Origin: Clostridia bacterium
GTDB taxonomy: Bacteria; Bacillota; Clostridia; Christensenellales; UBA1242
NCBI GenBank assembly: GCA_017523305.1
Contig: JAFWWV010000077.1
Location: forward strand, 1-63,008
Length of the DNA stretch: 63,008 nucleotides
Direction of reading: 5' to 3'
The translations under genes and the position numbers were made by a program. Position 1 is the stretch's first letter, and the number at the start of each line of letters is the position of its first letter. Below are positions 43,214 to 53,474 of the stretch, one piece after another. The notes beneath the pieces are model-generated. The model was not told the origin of the DNA. It saw only the letters and a list, made by a program, of their open reading frames with translations, and made no database searches.

Positions 43214-44406
43214 TGAGTGATGTTCCTAACGTCAACTTTTTCCTAGAGTATGTAAACAATCTTCGAGGTTTACCTGAAGATGATAAATATCGAGATATGT
43301 TTGGAGAAAAAAGAAAATTTTATAGTTCAACAAAAGAAAATGATTATCTTAAGTATGTTCAAACAGGAAGTAAAGAAATAACAGACTATGTTGAATATTC
43401 CGGGAATAGTGAAAAAAGCCACGGAGTTTTCAATCAAAATGGATTAATGTCGCCTGAAGATATGAAAATCTTAAGAAAAAATTTAAGAGTAACCGAAAGT
43501 GTTATTTGGCACGGTGTCATTTCGTTTACTGAAAAATTTGGTAACACTTATTGTGATAACTATGAAAAGGCTTTTGAGATGATGAAACAAGAAATGCCCA
43601 AGTTCTTTAGAAATTGTCATTTCAATCCAGACAATATTGAATGGTTTGCAGGTTTACACGAAAATACTGATAACAAACATATTCACTTTTCATTTTTTGA
43701 AAAATCCCCCCAAAGATATAAAAGAGATTGTGAAAGACTTTGTTATTCAGATGGATTTTTACCGGAAAAAGTTATTGCTCGTGCAAAGGCTTCAATTGAA
43801 TTAAACCTTATGAAGATTTCTTTTAATGTAAACGAGAAAAGAAAATTATTAACAGAAGAATTAAAAAACATTATGCAAACAGGAGTGTATATGAACAAAA
43901 TTAACTCACTCGTAATTATTTTACCTAGAGAAGGTAGAATGCAGTATGATAGTGAGAATTTAAAGAAATACAGGCCACACATTGATTTAATAATCAATCA
44001 AATTATAAGCAATAATGATGAATTAAGTAAAAAATTTTATGCTTTTAATAGTATTTTATCAACACGAGATAGTGAGATGGTTAAAGCATATTCTCGTATG
44101 AAAAGAGATTGTTCAGATTTACTTTTAAGAGATAAGTGTATTAACGACCTTTATAGAAGGTTGGGAAATATTGTTTTATATTCGGTAAAGCAAATTAGAC
44201 AAGACCAAATGAAATGCGAGTTTGAAACAAAGAAAAGGCTTCAAATAAAGAGAATTGAAAAGAATAAGAGAAAAGCCTTGATAAATCGTTGTATGCAACT
44301 AAACGACCTTGTTAATCGTGAGATAATTAATGCTTTTGAAGATTATCAAGCATTACTAGAAAGGGCAAACAATGCGAGATTGAGAGAGGAAGGATATTTA
44401 GATTGA
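43213..44406 (+). CDS. Conjugative relaxase (MobL-like / 3-His type)
   Basis: His triad 'LHENTDNKHIHFSF' (HxDx3HxH). N-terminal 'DYLKYVQ...DYVEY...GVFNQNG' and 'IWHGVISF' resemble Firmicute Mob relaxases. Confidence 0.6.
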   Translation: MSDVPNVNFFLEYVNNLRGLPEDDKYRDMFGEKRKFYSSTKENDYLKYVQTGSKEITDYVEYSGNSEKSHGVFNQNGLMSPEDMKILRKNLRVTESVIWHGVISFTEKFGNTYCDNYEKAFEMMKQEMPKFFRNCHFNPDNIEWFAGLHENTDNKHIHFSFFEKSPQRYKRDCERLCYSDGFLPEKVIARAKASIELNLMKISFNVNEKRKLLTEELKNIMQTGVYMNKINSLVIILPREGRMQYDSENLKKYRPHIDLIINQIISNNDELSKKFYAFNSILSTRDSEMVKAYSRMKRDCSDLLLRDKCINDLYRRLGNIVLYSVKQIRQDQMKCEFETKKRLQIKRIEKNKRKALINRCMQLNDLVNREIINAFEDYQALLERANNARLREEGYLD

Positions 44407-46589
44407 AATATCTTAAGAAATCTATTCTATTTCTTGTAGTTTTATCATTCTGCTATGTTTGTGGTTATCTTATCAATATGTTTGTGGTGAATGGTTTTGT
44501 TTTTGAGATGAATTTTTCGACAGACCTTTTGCTGCATTCAAAAACGCTTATGTATTGCTTTGAGTTCTTTGCTATATTCCTAATCTTTTATATGTTCGCT
44601 TGGTATAAAGGACTAGGTAAAAATCCTAAAAAAATAATGGAAGCAAGCGAAAAAGATAAGGATATTTATGTTGGATTAGAGCAAGCTCATTTTCAAACAA
44701 AGAAAGAAATTGCTCAAAACTTTAAAACTGTTGAGTACACAAAGCTACCTAAAACAGATATTGAAGGTATACCAATCAATGCAGAAGAAACTGTTAAAGG
44801 TTATAACATAACTTTTGCAAAACCTGCTCATACATTGATTATCGGTACGACAGGTTCTGGTAAAACAACAACATTTATCAATCCGTCAATTCAAATACTT
44901 TCTAACACATTAAATAAGCCATCAATGCTTATTTCTGACCCTAAAGGTGAATTATATGCCTTACATGCTAAAAGCCTTATAAAGAGAGGATATGACGTTA
45001 AGGTACTAGATTTGAGAAATCCATATTGTTCAATTAGATGGAATCCACTTGAAAAACCTTATGAGATGTATCAAGAAATGTTGCACTTAAGCGAAAAAGT
45101 AAAGGCAAATGAAGAAGAAGGATACTATATTTTTGAAGATAAATTGTATTACAGCGAAGATGAAATGCTTTCTGCAGTACAGGTAAAGAAACAAGCATTA
45201 TTTGATGAAGTTTATGAAGATTTGAATGATATATGTTCGGCATTATGTCCGGTATTAAGCAAAAGTGAACCAATTTGGGAAAGTGGTGCTAAAAACTTTA
45301 TATTGGCTATATGTCTTGCAATGCTAGAAGATAGTGAAAATCCAGAGTTGGGAATGACTAAAGATAGATTTAACTTCTTTAATATTATGAAAATTGCTAC
45401 TAACACACAAGATGATTGTGATGATTTAATGACATATTTTCAACATAGAAGTCCTATCTCAAAGGCAGTAAGCCTTTCAAAACAGGTTCTTGACGCTTCA
45501 GATAAAACGAGAGGTTCATACTTATCAACTGTATTTGATAAATTATCTCTATTTTCTGATATGAGTATTTGTTCATTGACTAGCGCTAATGAAATTGATT
45601 TCGGTGAAATAGCCGAAAAACCAACAGCTTTATTCTTACAAATTCCTGATGAAAAGGAAACCAGACATACATTGGCTTCAATGGTTATATTACAAGCCTA
45701 TAAAGGATTGGTTGCAAAAGCAAACACGTATCCTGATTTGGCATTACCAAGAAGTGTGTACTTCCTTTTAGATGAATTTGGTAATTTACCACCGGTTCAT
45801 AAACTAGACAGAATGATTACTGTAGGTAGAAGTAGAAGAATATGGTTGTCATTGGTTGTTCAATCATACGCACAGTTGGCTAAAGTGTATGATGATAAAT
45901 TGGCTGATATTATCAAATCAAACTGTAATATTCAGGTATTTATCGGAACAACAGATTTAAAAACAATTGAAGAATTTTCAAAGAAATGCGGAAACTTCTC
46001 AATTGTACAAAAGGGTGTAAGTTTTTCAGCTGGAAGTAGTGGAATGAACAGCTCAATGAGTGTCAAAGAAAGACCACTAATTTATCCAACAGAACTTCAA
46101 CAATTAAACAATCCTAACGATATGGGAAATGCAATTGTTAATGTTTTCGGATTTCCACCTGTAAAAAGTAAATATACACCTAGTTACAAAAGTAGATACT
46201 ATGTTTTGGAAAAAACAAATCAATTATTGTCTACAGGTAAATATTTCAATGAAGAAAAAGTTTTCTATAACATGCTAGATAGAAATAAGTTCTATACAAC
46301 ACCAGCAGAGAAAAAGGAATCAATGGAGCAAAAAGAAAATGCTGCTAAAGCATTGATAGATAGTTTTGAAGTAGATGTTGTAGAAACTGATTTCGAAAGT
46401 ATTGGCTGTGCAGAAGACAAAAATCAACTTCTAAAAGAAATAGAAAAATTAAATTGTAATGCAATCTATGAAATAACAAAGAAAGTTTATGATATAGCAA
46501 ACAATTTAGAAGAAGTTGAAGAAAGTGAAAAATTTATGTTTAGTGAATTATTAAGAATTGCAACAAAAATAAAGGAGGTTGGCAAATAA
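44403..46589 (+). CDS. Type IV coupling protein (VirD4/TraG/TcpA-like)
   Basis: Two N-terminal TM helices. Walker A 'GTTGSGKTT', Walker B 'YFLLDEFGNL'. TTG start overlaps the relaxase stop. Confidence 0.8.
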   Translation: MKYLKKSILFLVVLSFCYVCGYLINMFVVNGFVFEMNFSTDLLLHSKTLMYCFEFFAIFLIFYMFAWYKGLGKNPKKIMEASEKDKDIYVGLEQAHFQTKKEIAQNFKTVEYTKLPKTDIEGIPINAEETVKGYNITFAKPAHTLIIGTTGSGKTTTFINPSIQILSNTLNKPSMLISDPKGELYALHAKSLIKRGYDVKVLDLRNPYCSIRWNPLEKPYEMYQEMLHLSEKVKANEEEGYYIFEDKLYYSEDEMLSAVQVKKQALFDEVYEDLNDICSALCPVLSKSEPIWESGAKNFILAICLAMLEDSENPELGMTKDRFNFFNIMKIATNTQDDCDDLMTYFQHRSPISKAVSLSKQVLDASDKTRGSYLSTVFDKLSLFSDMSICSLTSANEIDFGEIAEKPTALFLQIPDEKETRHTLASMVILQAYKGLVAKANTYPDLALPRSVYFLLDEFGNLPPVHKLDRMITVGRSRRIWLSLVVQSYAQLAKVYDDKLADIIKSNCNIQVFIGTTDLKTIEEFSKKCGNFSIVQKGVSFSAGSSGMNSSMSVKERPLIYPTELQQLNNPNDMGNAIVNVFGFPPVKSKYTPSYKSRYYVLEKTNQLLSTGKYFNEEKVFYNMLDRNKFYTTPAEKKESMEQKENAAKALIDSFEVDVVETDFESIGCAEDKNQLLKEIEKLNCNAIYEITKKVYDIANNLEEVEESEKFMFSELLRIATKIKEVGK

Positions 46590-49500
46590 TGAAAGCAAAA
46601 AGCAAATTTTGGTTATCAATATTGTGTTTCTGCTGTTTGCTACCTGCTATGTTGTTGGCAAGTGGTAGATTTACAATAAGGCGACCGGGAGGAATGTCTA
46701 CAATGGGCGTCATTATCGGTCCTATGATTTTACCAGAAGATAACTTAATTGGCGGTGGAATCGTTGTTGAAAGTCCTGATTATAGTAGTTACAATCTTTC
46801 AGCAGATACACCTTATACAAATGGTGCTTTAAGAAATTATTCAACCATTGGTGTTTACAATGTAAATAGAGGTGCAACTCATAATGGATTTAATTACCTA
46901 AATTTCGTTCGTGCTATGAAAATAAAACGAACTGATGGTAGACCAATTTATGATGATGATGGAATTCTTGATGTTTCTGATAATGCAAGTTCGCTTGCTG
47001 CTGAAATAGTAAATTATCCGTCATATATTTATGCAATAGAAACCACATTACCAAATAAACCAAATGCAGGGTTTATGTGGACCAATCAACAAGCTAAATT
47101 TAAAAGTACTAATTTTAAAAGCACATTCTCTAATGGTTCAACTTCAACAACTATAGATGAAGGTGTTTCAAGTCAACCAAGTGATGGAACAGAAACCATA
47201 GTAACAATTATGGACAAGGACTTTAATGTTCAACTAGCAGGTCAAAAAAGTTTGATTATCTATCTTAAGGGAACAGGGCAGTATGAAAATACTTTCTGGG
47301 GTAACACCGGAGGTGATACAGCAATCAATACAAATTTGACTAACTACATCACACTTGGTTCGAGGAGTTGGAGTAATTCATTAAACTCAAGTGCAGTTTC
47401 TGGAACATATAAAGGAGCCAAAGCATATTATTCGCCTAAATCTTTTAATGTAACAGCAACTAATCTTAATAACTATATAAAAATCAATGATGTAACAGCA
47501 ACACCAAAATATGGAACATCTGTTGTTCCATTTGCTGATGGACATCATATTTCAGTAACTAATGAAGGAATTACAACTGTTGCGATAGAAAATGGTTCTG
47601 AAGGTGTTTACACAACATATTATTGCTATGTTGATACAAAATTACCTGATGTTTACTATACCTATCACAATGCTAATGCCTTAAATAAAAGGGTTGTAGG
47701 TGCAATCCAAACAAGTGCTAATGGCTCTAAATCACAAACAATTTATGAAGGTGTTTTCAGAAATCAAGTACAAGTTAATTTTTCGTATGATGAAGGAAGT
47801 GAAAGTCCTGAAACAGCGACTTACACTTTTAATGGAAAAACCTATAATCTTACGAATGGAACTTGGCTTGATAATGAAGGAACTTATACTGTAACCATAA
47901 CAGATAAAGCAGGAAATACAACTGTAAGTAAGTTTGATATTGATAAAACTGCACCAAGTTATAATTTGGATAGATTGTCTGGGGATACAAATTATAAAAT
48001 TACAAAATGGTATTTAACAACAATACCTAGTGGATATTCTGGATATGGTACTTATTCCTTTGCTCAAAGAAAAGACGCCTTAAGTTTTGCTTGTAATATT
48101 GAAAGACAAAACAATGTAACAAAATACACATTGAACAATATTGATGAATTTAAAGCAACCAATTTGGTAGCAAATGGTAATACTGTTAAAGTAGGTGATT
48201 ATTGGTATTATAAATCAAAAGACAATCCTAGTTTATATGTTTATTACTTTGATGAAAATTCATTAATGGAAGCAATTGAGTATTATGCAAAAGAGTTTGT
48301 TTCTGATGAACAAGTTTATAGACTTAATGATGTTTGGGGTTTAAATAACTATGGTACATCAGTAGATAAAAGTGTTCTTGATAACATTATTATTTCTAAT
48401 GAGATAAAATCATTTATTGCAAATAATTTTACTTTTAGATATAAAGATGACTTTGAAACATACAAAATCTATTGTGATTACCAAGAAGATAACAAAGAAG
48501 TTTGGAAGGAATTAATCTACAATACAGCATTTACAAATCAAGTTAATTCACACGGATTGTACAAAATCAAAGAAGTAGATTTTGCAGGTAATGAAGTTTA
48601 CTACTATGTATATTTAGATACAACAGCACCTTTGCTTGATATTGAAGCAAAGTTATATGGTAAGGATAAAACAATCACTCAAACTATATCTGTTGCTGAT
48701 ATACCAAAAAATGGTGAATTAATTTTCTATTATGAAAGTTTTAAAATAAACGAGATTATAGAAAATGACAAATGGTGGATTCTTGAAATTAAATGTCCTG
48801 ATAATAGTATTAAAAGATATACTCATTTAGATGAATTACCAAACTTTGATGATTTGGGTTCCGGGGAGTTTACCATAACTATTGCTGATAGATTGAACAA
48901 TAGTTTTCAATTTAAAGTATGTTTACTTGGTAAAGCACCTGAAGCTAAATTTGAGGCCATTAATGCTAATACACAATTACAAATCTCAATTATTCAAAAC
49001 GAAGATTTTAATACCATAACTGGATTAAAAATTTATAGAAATGGTGTTTGTTTAAATTCACAAAATGGATATGATGAACTACCTGATAATGATACCAATG
49101 ACTTAATATTTATTGATGTTAATACAACTAAATATATATTTAACAAAGGTGGAATATACACGGTAGAAATAACTGATAACTTTGGTAGAACTTTATCTTA
49201 TGAACACAAGTTTGAAAAGGATTTACCAACAGGATTGTTAGTTGGAGTAGAACATAATGGGAAAACAAAAAATAAGGTAGAGTTTGTTTACGATGGCAAT
49301 AAATACTTTGTTGTAGTAACAAAAAACTCTCAATCTTATCAACCAAAAGCTACATCAGATGACAACATTGATACACTATATTTCAGTCCGGAAGAAGATA
49401 GTGAAGATGTTTATACAATCCAATTAGTCGACAAATTGGACACCGAAAATTACAATATTTATTCATTCACAATTAAGACCATAAAACCAATTTTACATCT

Positions 49501-50998
49501 TTATGGAGTTGAACCTAATGGAACAACCGGTAGTGATGTTTATGCAACTTGGGAAGTGGTAGAGGAGCAATACACCGCAACTTACACTCTCAATGGTACA
49601 ACCAATAATTATAGAAAAGGTCAAATATTGACAGCCGAAGGTAATTATACAATTACACTTTCAGATGAAATAGGAAATACAAATTCAGTTAATTTTTATA
49701 TAGATAAATCAATCAATTTTACAATAGCAGATGTTAATGGAAAAACTTATAAAATAGAAGATATTAGATACATCAACTTTGATGTTAGATTAATAGCAAA
49801 TGAACCATTAAACATTACAGTAACTAGAGATGATAAAGAAATTGAATATGATTTTGGTCTTATGTTTACTGAAGAAGGGTACTATGTTGTTAGACTTTCA
49901 GATGAATACGACAACTCACTTTTCTTCTATTTCACAATAGATAAAACAGCACCAATAGCAACACTTTACGGAGTTGAAGAATTTGGTAAAACAAAAGGAA
50001 ATGTATGGGTTGCTTCAGCCGAATCTAACCTTACATGCTGGTATGTTATTGATGAAGAAAAAACAGGTTCTTATCGCATTGGAGAAGAACTTACACAGAA
50101 TGGAAAATATATTGTTTTCATTTCAGACTTGGCAAAAAATATTGTTAGTTTTGAATTTGAAATAGACAAAGAAATTGCATTTGATATAAACACTTATCAC
50201 GGTGGAATTTCTAATAGTGATGTAAAACTTGTAGCTTATGAAAACTTACAAATCGTTATGTTTAAAGATGAATTAAAGATTGATTATGAGTTTGAACAAA
50301 TACTAAAAGAAGAAGGGGAATATTCGTTTACAATCGTTGATGATTTAGGAAATAGATATAGTTCTTTCTTTAGAATTATTAATAAGAAAAAACAAAATCT
50401 TAATCATCTACTTCAAGAAAATATTGTTGTTGAAAGTGTTGTAAAAGATGAAGAAAATTTTGAATTTACAATCACTGAAAACAATCTTTATCTTCACGAA
50501 GAAGGTCATTATGTTGTGTCAATTTTAGATGAGAAAAATAATGAAAAATATTCATTTGAAATTACTATAGATACAACACCACCAACACTTGAATTAGTCA
50601 ATGTTGAGAATGGTGGAAAAACTAAAAAAGTTGTTATTTTAAAGAATGTATCTGAACAACCTTATGAACTTAAAATCTATGTAGATGGTATTCCATTCGA
50701 CTATAAACTTGGTGATGAAATTGAGAAAGATGGACAGTTTGAAGTAATACTTTCAGACGAAGCAGGAAACACAACAACCTATTCATTCTATAGGGAATAT
50801 TCTTTAAACGCGGCAAGTATTGGAGTAATCGCAGGACTTGGAGCATTAGTAGTTTTATTAATAATTTTACTAATTAAATCAAGACACCGTTATTATAAAG
50901 ATGAAGTCGTAGAAGAAGAAATTGAAGAAACCATTATTGAAGATGACTTTAATGATGGAGATGAAAACATTGATGATACTTTGGAAGATAAAGAATAG
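46589..50998 (+). CDS. Giant surface protein/adhesin (1469 aa) with signal peptide, repeated Ig-like modules, C-terminal TM and acidic tail
   Basis: Signal-like 'FWLSILCFCCLLPAMLLASG'. Recurrent module starts 'IDKTAPSY', 'LDTTAPLL', 'TIKPILHLYGVE', 'IDKTAPIATLYGVE', 'IDTTPPTLELVNVE'. TM 'IGVIAGLGALVVLLIILLI', then a 'EEEIEETIIEDDFNDGDENIDD' tail. Confidence 0.7.
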   Translation: MKAKSKFWLSILCFCCLLPAMLLASGRFTIRRPGGMSTMGVIIGPMILPEDNLIGGGIVVESPDYSSYNLSADTPYTNGALRNYSTIGVYNVNRGATHNGFNYLNFVRAMKIKRTDGRPIYDDDGILDVSDNASSLAAEIVNYPSYIYAIETTLPNKPNAGFMWTNQQAKFKSTNFKSTFSNGSTSTTIDEGVSSQPSDGTETIVTIMDKDFNVQLAGQKSLIIYLKGTGQYENTFWGNTGGDTAINTNLTNYITLGSRSWSNSLNSSAVSGTYKGAKAYYSPKSFNVTATNLNNYIKINDVTATPKYGTSVVPFADGHHISVTNEGITTVAIENGSEGVYTTYYCYVDTKLPDVYYTYHNANALNKRVVGAIQTSANGSKSQTIYEGVFRNQVQVNFSYDEGSESPETATYTFNGKTYNLTNGTWLDNEGTYTVTITDKAGNTTVSKFDIDKTAPSYNLDRLSGDTNYKITKWYLTTIPSGYSGYGTYSFAQRKDALSFACNIERQNNVTKYTLNNIDEFKATNLVANGNTVKVGDYWYYKSKDNPSLYVYYFDENSLMEAIEYYAKEFVSDEQVYRLNDVWGLNNYGTSVDKSVLDNIIISNEIKSFIANNFTFRYKDDFETYKIYCDYQEDNKEVWKELIYNTAFTNQVNSHGLYKIKEVDFAGNEVYYYVYLDTTAPLLDIEAKLYGKDKTITQTISVADIPKNGELIFYYESFKINEIIENDKWWILEIKCPDNSIKRYTHLDELPNFDDLGSGEFTITIADRLNNSFQFKVCLLGKAPEAKFEAINANTQLQISIIQNEDFNTITGLKIYRNGVCLNSQNGYDELPDNDTNDLIFIDVNTTKYIFNKGGIYTVEITDNFGRTLSYEHKFEKDLPTGLLVGVEHNGKTKNKVEFVYDGNKYFVVVTKNSQSYQPKATSDDNIDTLYFSPEEDSEDVYTIQLVDKLDTENYNIYSFTIKTIKPILHLYGVEPNGTTGSDVYATWEVVEEQYTATYTLNGTTNNYRKGQILTAEGNYTITLSDEIGNTNSVNFYIDKSINFTIADVNGKTYKIEDIRYINFDVRLIANEPLNITVTRDDKEIEYDFGLMFTEEGYYVVRLSDEYDNSLFFYFTIDKTAPIATLYGVEEFGKTKGNVWVASAESNLTCWYVIDEEKTGSYRIGEELTQNGKYIVFISDLAKNIVSFEFEIDKEIAFDINTYHGGISNSDVKLVAYENLQIVMFKDELKIDYEFEQILKEEGEYSFTIVDDLGNRYSSFFRIINKKKQNLNHLLQENIVVESVVKDEENFEFTITENNLYLHEEGHYVVSILDEKNNEKYSFEITIDTTPPTLELVNVENGGKTKKVVILKNVSEQPYELKIYVDGIPFDYKLGDEIEKDGQFEVILSDEAGNTTTYSFYREYSLNAASIGVIAGLGALVVLLIILLIKSRHRYYKDEVVEEEIEETIIEDDFNDGDENIDDTLEDKE

Positions 50999-51158
50999 TT
51001 TATCTTAAGAAAACCTATTTATTTTTAGTAAGCAGGATAAGGGCGGACTCAAAACAGACATTTTAGAGGCCTAAAAGTCCCTAAAATAAAGGGTTTTAGC
51101 TGTATTCACTTTGCTAAAAGCCCTGAATCTGTTTTGCCTACACCCCCTTATAGAAAGC

Positions 51159-51183
51159 AAGTGGGAAGCCCACTTCTTTTTTT
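51159..51183 (+). terminator. Intrinsic terminator ending a structured intergenic RNA region
   Basis: AAGTGGG (51159-51165) / CCCACTT (51169-51175) plus a T-run. Confidence 0.65.
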
Positions 51184-51241
51184 GACGCCTTTTTGGCGAA
51201 ATTGAAAAACAAAATACAAATTATTTGGAGGAAATTATTAT

Positions 51242-51535
51242 ATGAAAAGTATGCTTGCAGCTATAGATTTTAACCCAATCCTTGCACCTGTACTAGAGGT
51301 GTTAAACGCAATCCTTTGGCCAGCAATTGGTCTTGTAGGTTCTATCGGAACTATCTATTGTATTATTCTTGGTGTAAAACTTGCCAAGGCAGATGAAGCC
51401 GGTTCTCGTGAAAAAGCAAAGAAAGATTTAATCGGTGCAATTATCGGTTTCGTTGTTATTTTCGTATTGATTGTTGGATTGAAGATTGCTATGCCAATAC
51501 TTCAAGATTGGGTAACTACACAAGTCGTAGCCTAG
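51242..51535 (+). CDS. Small two-TM pilin-like T4SS protein (VirB2/Maff2-like)
   Basis: 97 aa. Two hydrophobic helices are separated by a charged loop 'KADEAGSREKAKKD'. Sits at the head of the T4SS membrane genes. Confidence 0.45.
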   Translation: MKSMLAAIDFNPILAPVLEVLNAILWPAIGLVGSIGTIYCIILGVKLAKADEAGSREKAKKDLIGAIIGFVVIFVLIVGLKIAMPILQDWVTTQVVA

Positions 51536-51555
51536 ACTATAAAAGGAGCTTTTAA

Positions 51556-52074
51556 ATGAAAACTAAAATCTTAATCGGAGCAGGAATTTTGCTCACAGTT
51601 TTTATACTATTTCTTATCGTAATTGGAGGTGGAAGTAGTGTTGATAAAGTGGTAACTGAAGAAGAACTTAAGACCACAATTTCCAATGTAACTTGTGTTG
51701 TAAATGATGAGGAAGATGACATTGTTTATCAACTTCCTTATCTAACAAACGACACACAATTTGACGGCGAAATTCAATCAAAGTCATACAACAAAATTAT
51801 TGTCAATCAAGAAGTTGACATTAACTTTTTAGGTTTAGCATTTATGGTTAAACCTGCAGATAACACCACATTAAATTTCAAACTTACAAAGAATGGAGAA
51901 GAACTTAAAACAACAACTCTAACTCTTGAAAGTGATGAAATTGGAAACGTTGATTTATTGCTTGAAAATGCAGTAAACTTTTCTGCTAGTGATGAACTAG
52001 CAATCGAAATCTCACAAAGCGGAAATGTGAAATTTGTTTTTGATACAATGATATTTTTCTTTGATGAGGTATAG
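51556..52074 (+). CDS. Membrane-anchored T4SS-associated protein, function unknown
   Basis: N-terminal TM 'ILIGAGILLTVFILFLIVIGG'. The rest is unrecognised. Confidence 0.45.
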   Translation: MKTKILIGAGILLTVFILFLIVIGGGSSVDKVVTEEELKTTISNVTCVVNDEEDDIVYQLPYLTNDTQFDGEIQSKSYNKIIVNQEVDINFLGLAFMVKPADNTTLNFKLTKNGEELKTTTLTLESDEIGNVDLLLENAVNFSASDELAIEISQSGNVKFVFDTMIFFFDEV

Positions 52075-52076
52075 AT

Positions 52077-53474
52077 ATGGATTGGTTAACGAATTGGATT
52101 TTTGAGTTGCTATACAGCTTGCAAAAAACAATTTGTTATATCATTGATTTTATTCGAGAAATCTTCTATATGTTAGCCGGACTTGAACCTGTAAACATTG
52201 AAGGTGAGCAAACTGATTTACTCTCTCACTTTATATTATCAGACACCGTACGAACAGCATTCTTTTATATTTTTCTTGTAGCAATTATTCTGCTCGTGGT
52301 CTTTGTAATGATTGCCATTATTCGTAGTGAATATGCACACGGTGAAAACAAAAGACCTAAAGGACAAATCCTTGCGAAAGCATTTCAAAGTTTTGCAATT
52401 TTCTTAATGGTTCCATTTATTTTAATTGCAGGTATAACTTTAACAAATGCAGTAATGGGAGCAATCAATGCTAGTATGAACCCTTACTTATTAGAAGGGG
52501 GAAGTGCAACCATTGGTGGACAAATCCTTGTTACAAGTGGCCAATATGCTTACATAGGTGATGAAGCAATTAGGTCGCAAATTGAAAGAATGTTTGTTAC
52601 TGGTGAGTTGAGTTATTTTGATATGGGGGTTGTATCTCAATATTACAATTTGAGAAGTTTGGATTTCCTTGTTGGTATTTTAGGTTCAATAGTAATTATG
52701 GTGATGTTCGTAATGAGTGCTGTAACATTCATTCAAAGAATATTTGATATTGTCTTACTATATATCATTTCGCCTGTAAGTGTTAGCACTATTCCGGTTG
52801 ATGATGGAAATAGATTTAGAATATGGCGAGATATGACGATTTCAAAAGTGCTTGGTGCTTACGGAATTATATTGTCTATGAATTTATTCTTCCTTATTAT
52901 TCCGCAGGTCGCTACAATAACTTTCTTTGCAGACCCATTCAAAAATGGAATAGTTCAAATTCTATTCCTGATAGGTGGAGCATTTGCAGTAACGAAAGCT
53001 AATCTTGTAATAGCACAATTGACAGGAAGTACAGCAGGTCAAAATGAAACTCAACAATTATTCCGAAATATGCAAACTGGTGGACATATTGCAAAAGCAA
53101 CTTTAGGTGCAGGAGCAACCGTTGGAGGAGCATTACTTGGTGGTAAAAGATTTGTTGATACAAAGAAATCAACAAGGTCATTTGCACAAGGATTTAAAAA
53201 TTCATTTGGAAGTCCAACAAGTAAACCTTATATGAATAAGGCTGAACCAAGTAAGTTAGCAAGATATGGTGGTATGCCATCAAGAATTGCAACAATGCCT
53301 ATCGGAATGATTAAAGATTTAACTACCGGTGGTGTGGTAGGTATGGGCAAAAACTTTATTCCTAGAATTAAAAATATCGCCACAGGTGATAGTTTTGTAA
53401 ATCATGCACAAGGAAAATCTATTTTAAATAAGGAGCCAACAAATGCGAATAATTCCGAAGAACACAAAGGTTAA
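52077..53474 (+). CDS. Polytopic membrane protein, VirB6/TrbL/TcpH-like by position
   Basis: Multiple TM helices and a Gly-rich C-terminal region. Lies directly upstream of VirB4. Confidence 0.45.
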   Translation: MDWLTNWIFELLYSLQKTICYIIDFIREIFYMLAGLEPVNIEGEQTDLLSHFILSDTVRTAFFYIFLVAIILLVVFVMIAIIRSEYAHGENKRPKGQILAKAFQSFAIFLMVPFILIAGITLTNAVMGAINASMNPYLLEGGSATIGGQILVTSGQYAYIGDEAIRSQIERMFVTGELSYFDMGVVSQYYNLRSLDFLVGILGSIVIMVMFVMSAVTFIQRIFDIVLLYIISPVSVSTIPVDDGNRFRIWRDMTISKVLGAYGIILSMNLFFLIIPQVATITFFADPFKNGIVQILFLIGGAFAVTKANLVIAQLTGSTAGQNETQQLFRNMQTGGHIAKATLGAGATVGGALLGGKRFVDTKKSTRSFAQGFKNSFGSPTSKPYMNKAEPSKLARYGGMPSRIATMPIGMIKDLTTGGVVGMGKNFIPRIKNIATGDSFVNHAQGKSILNKEPTNANNSEEHKG

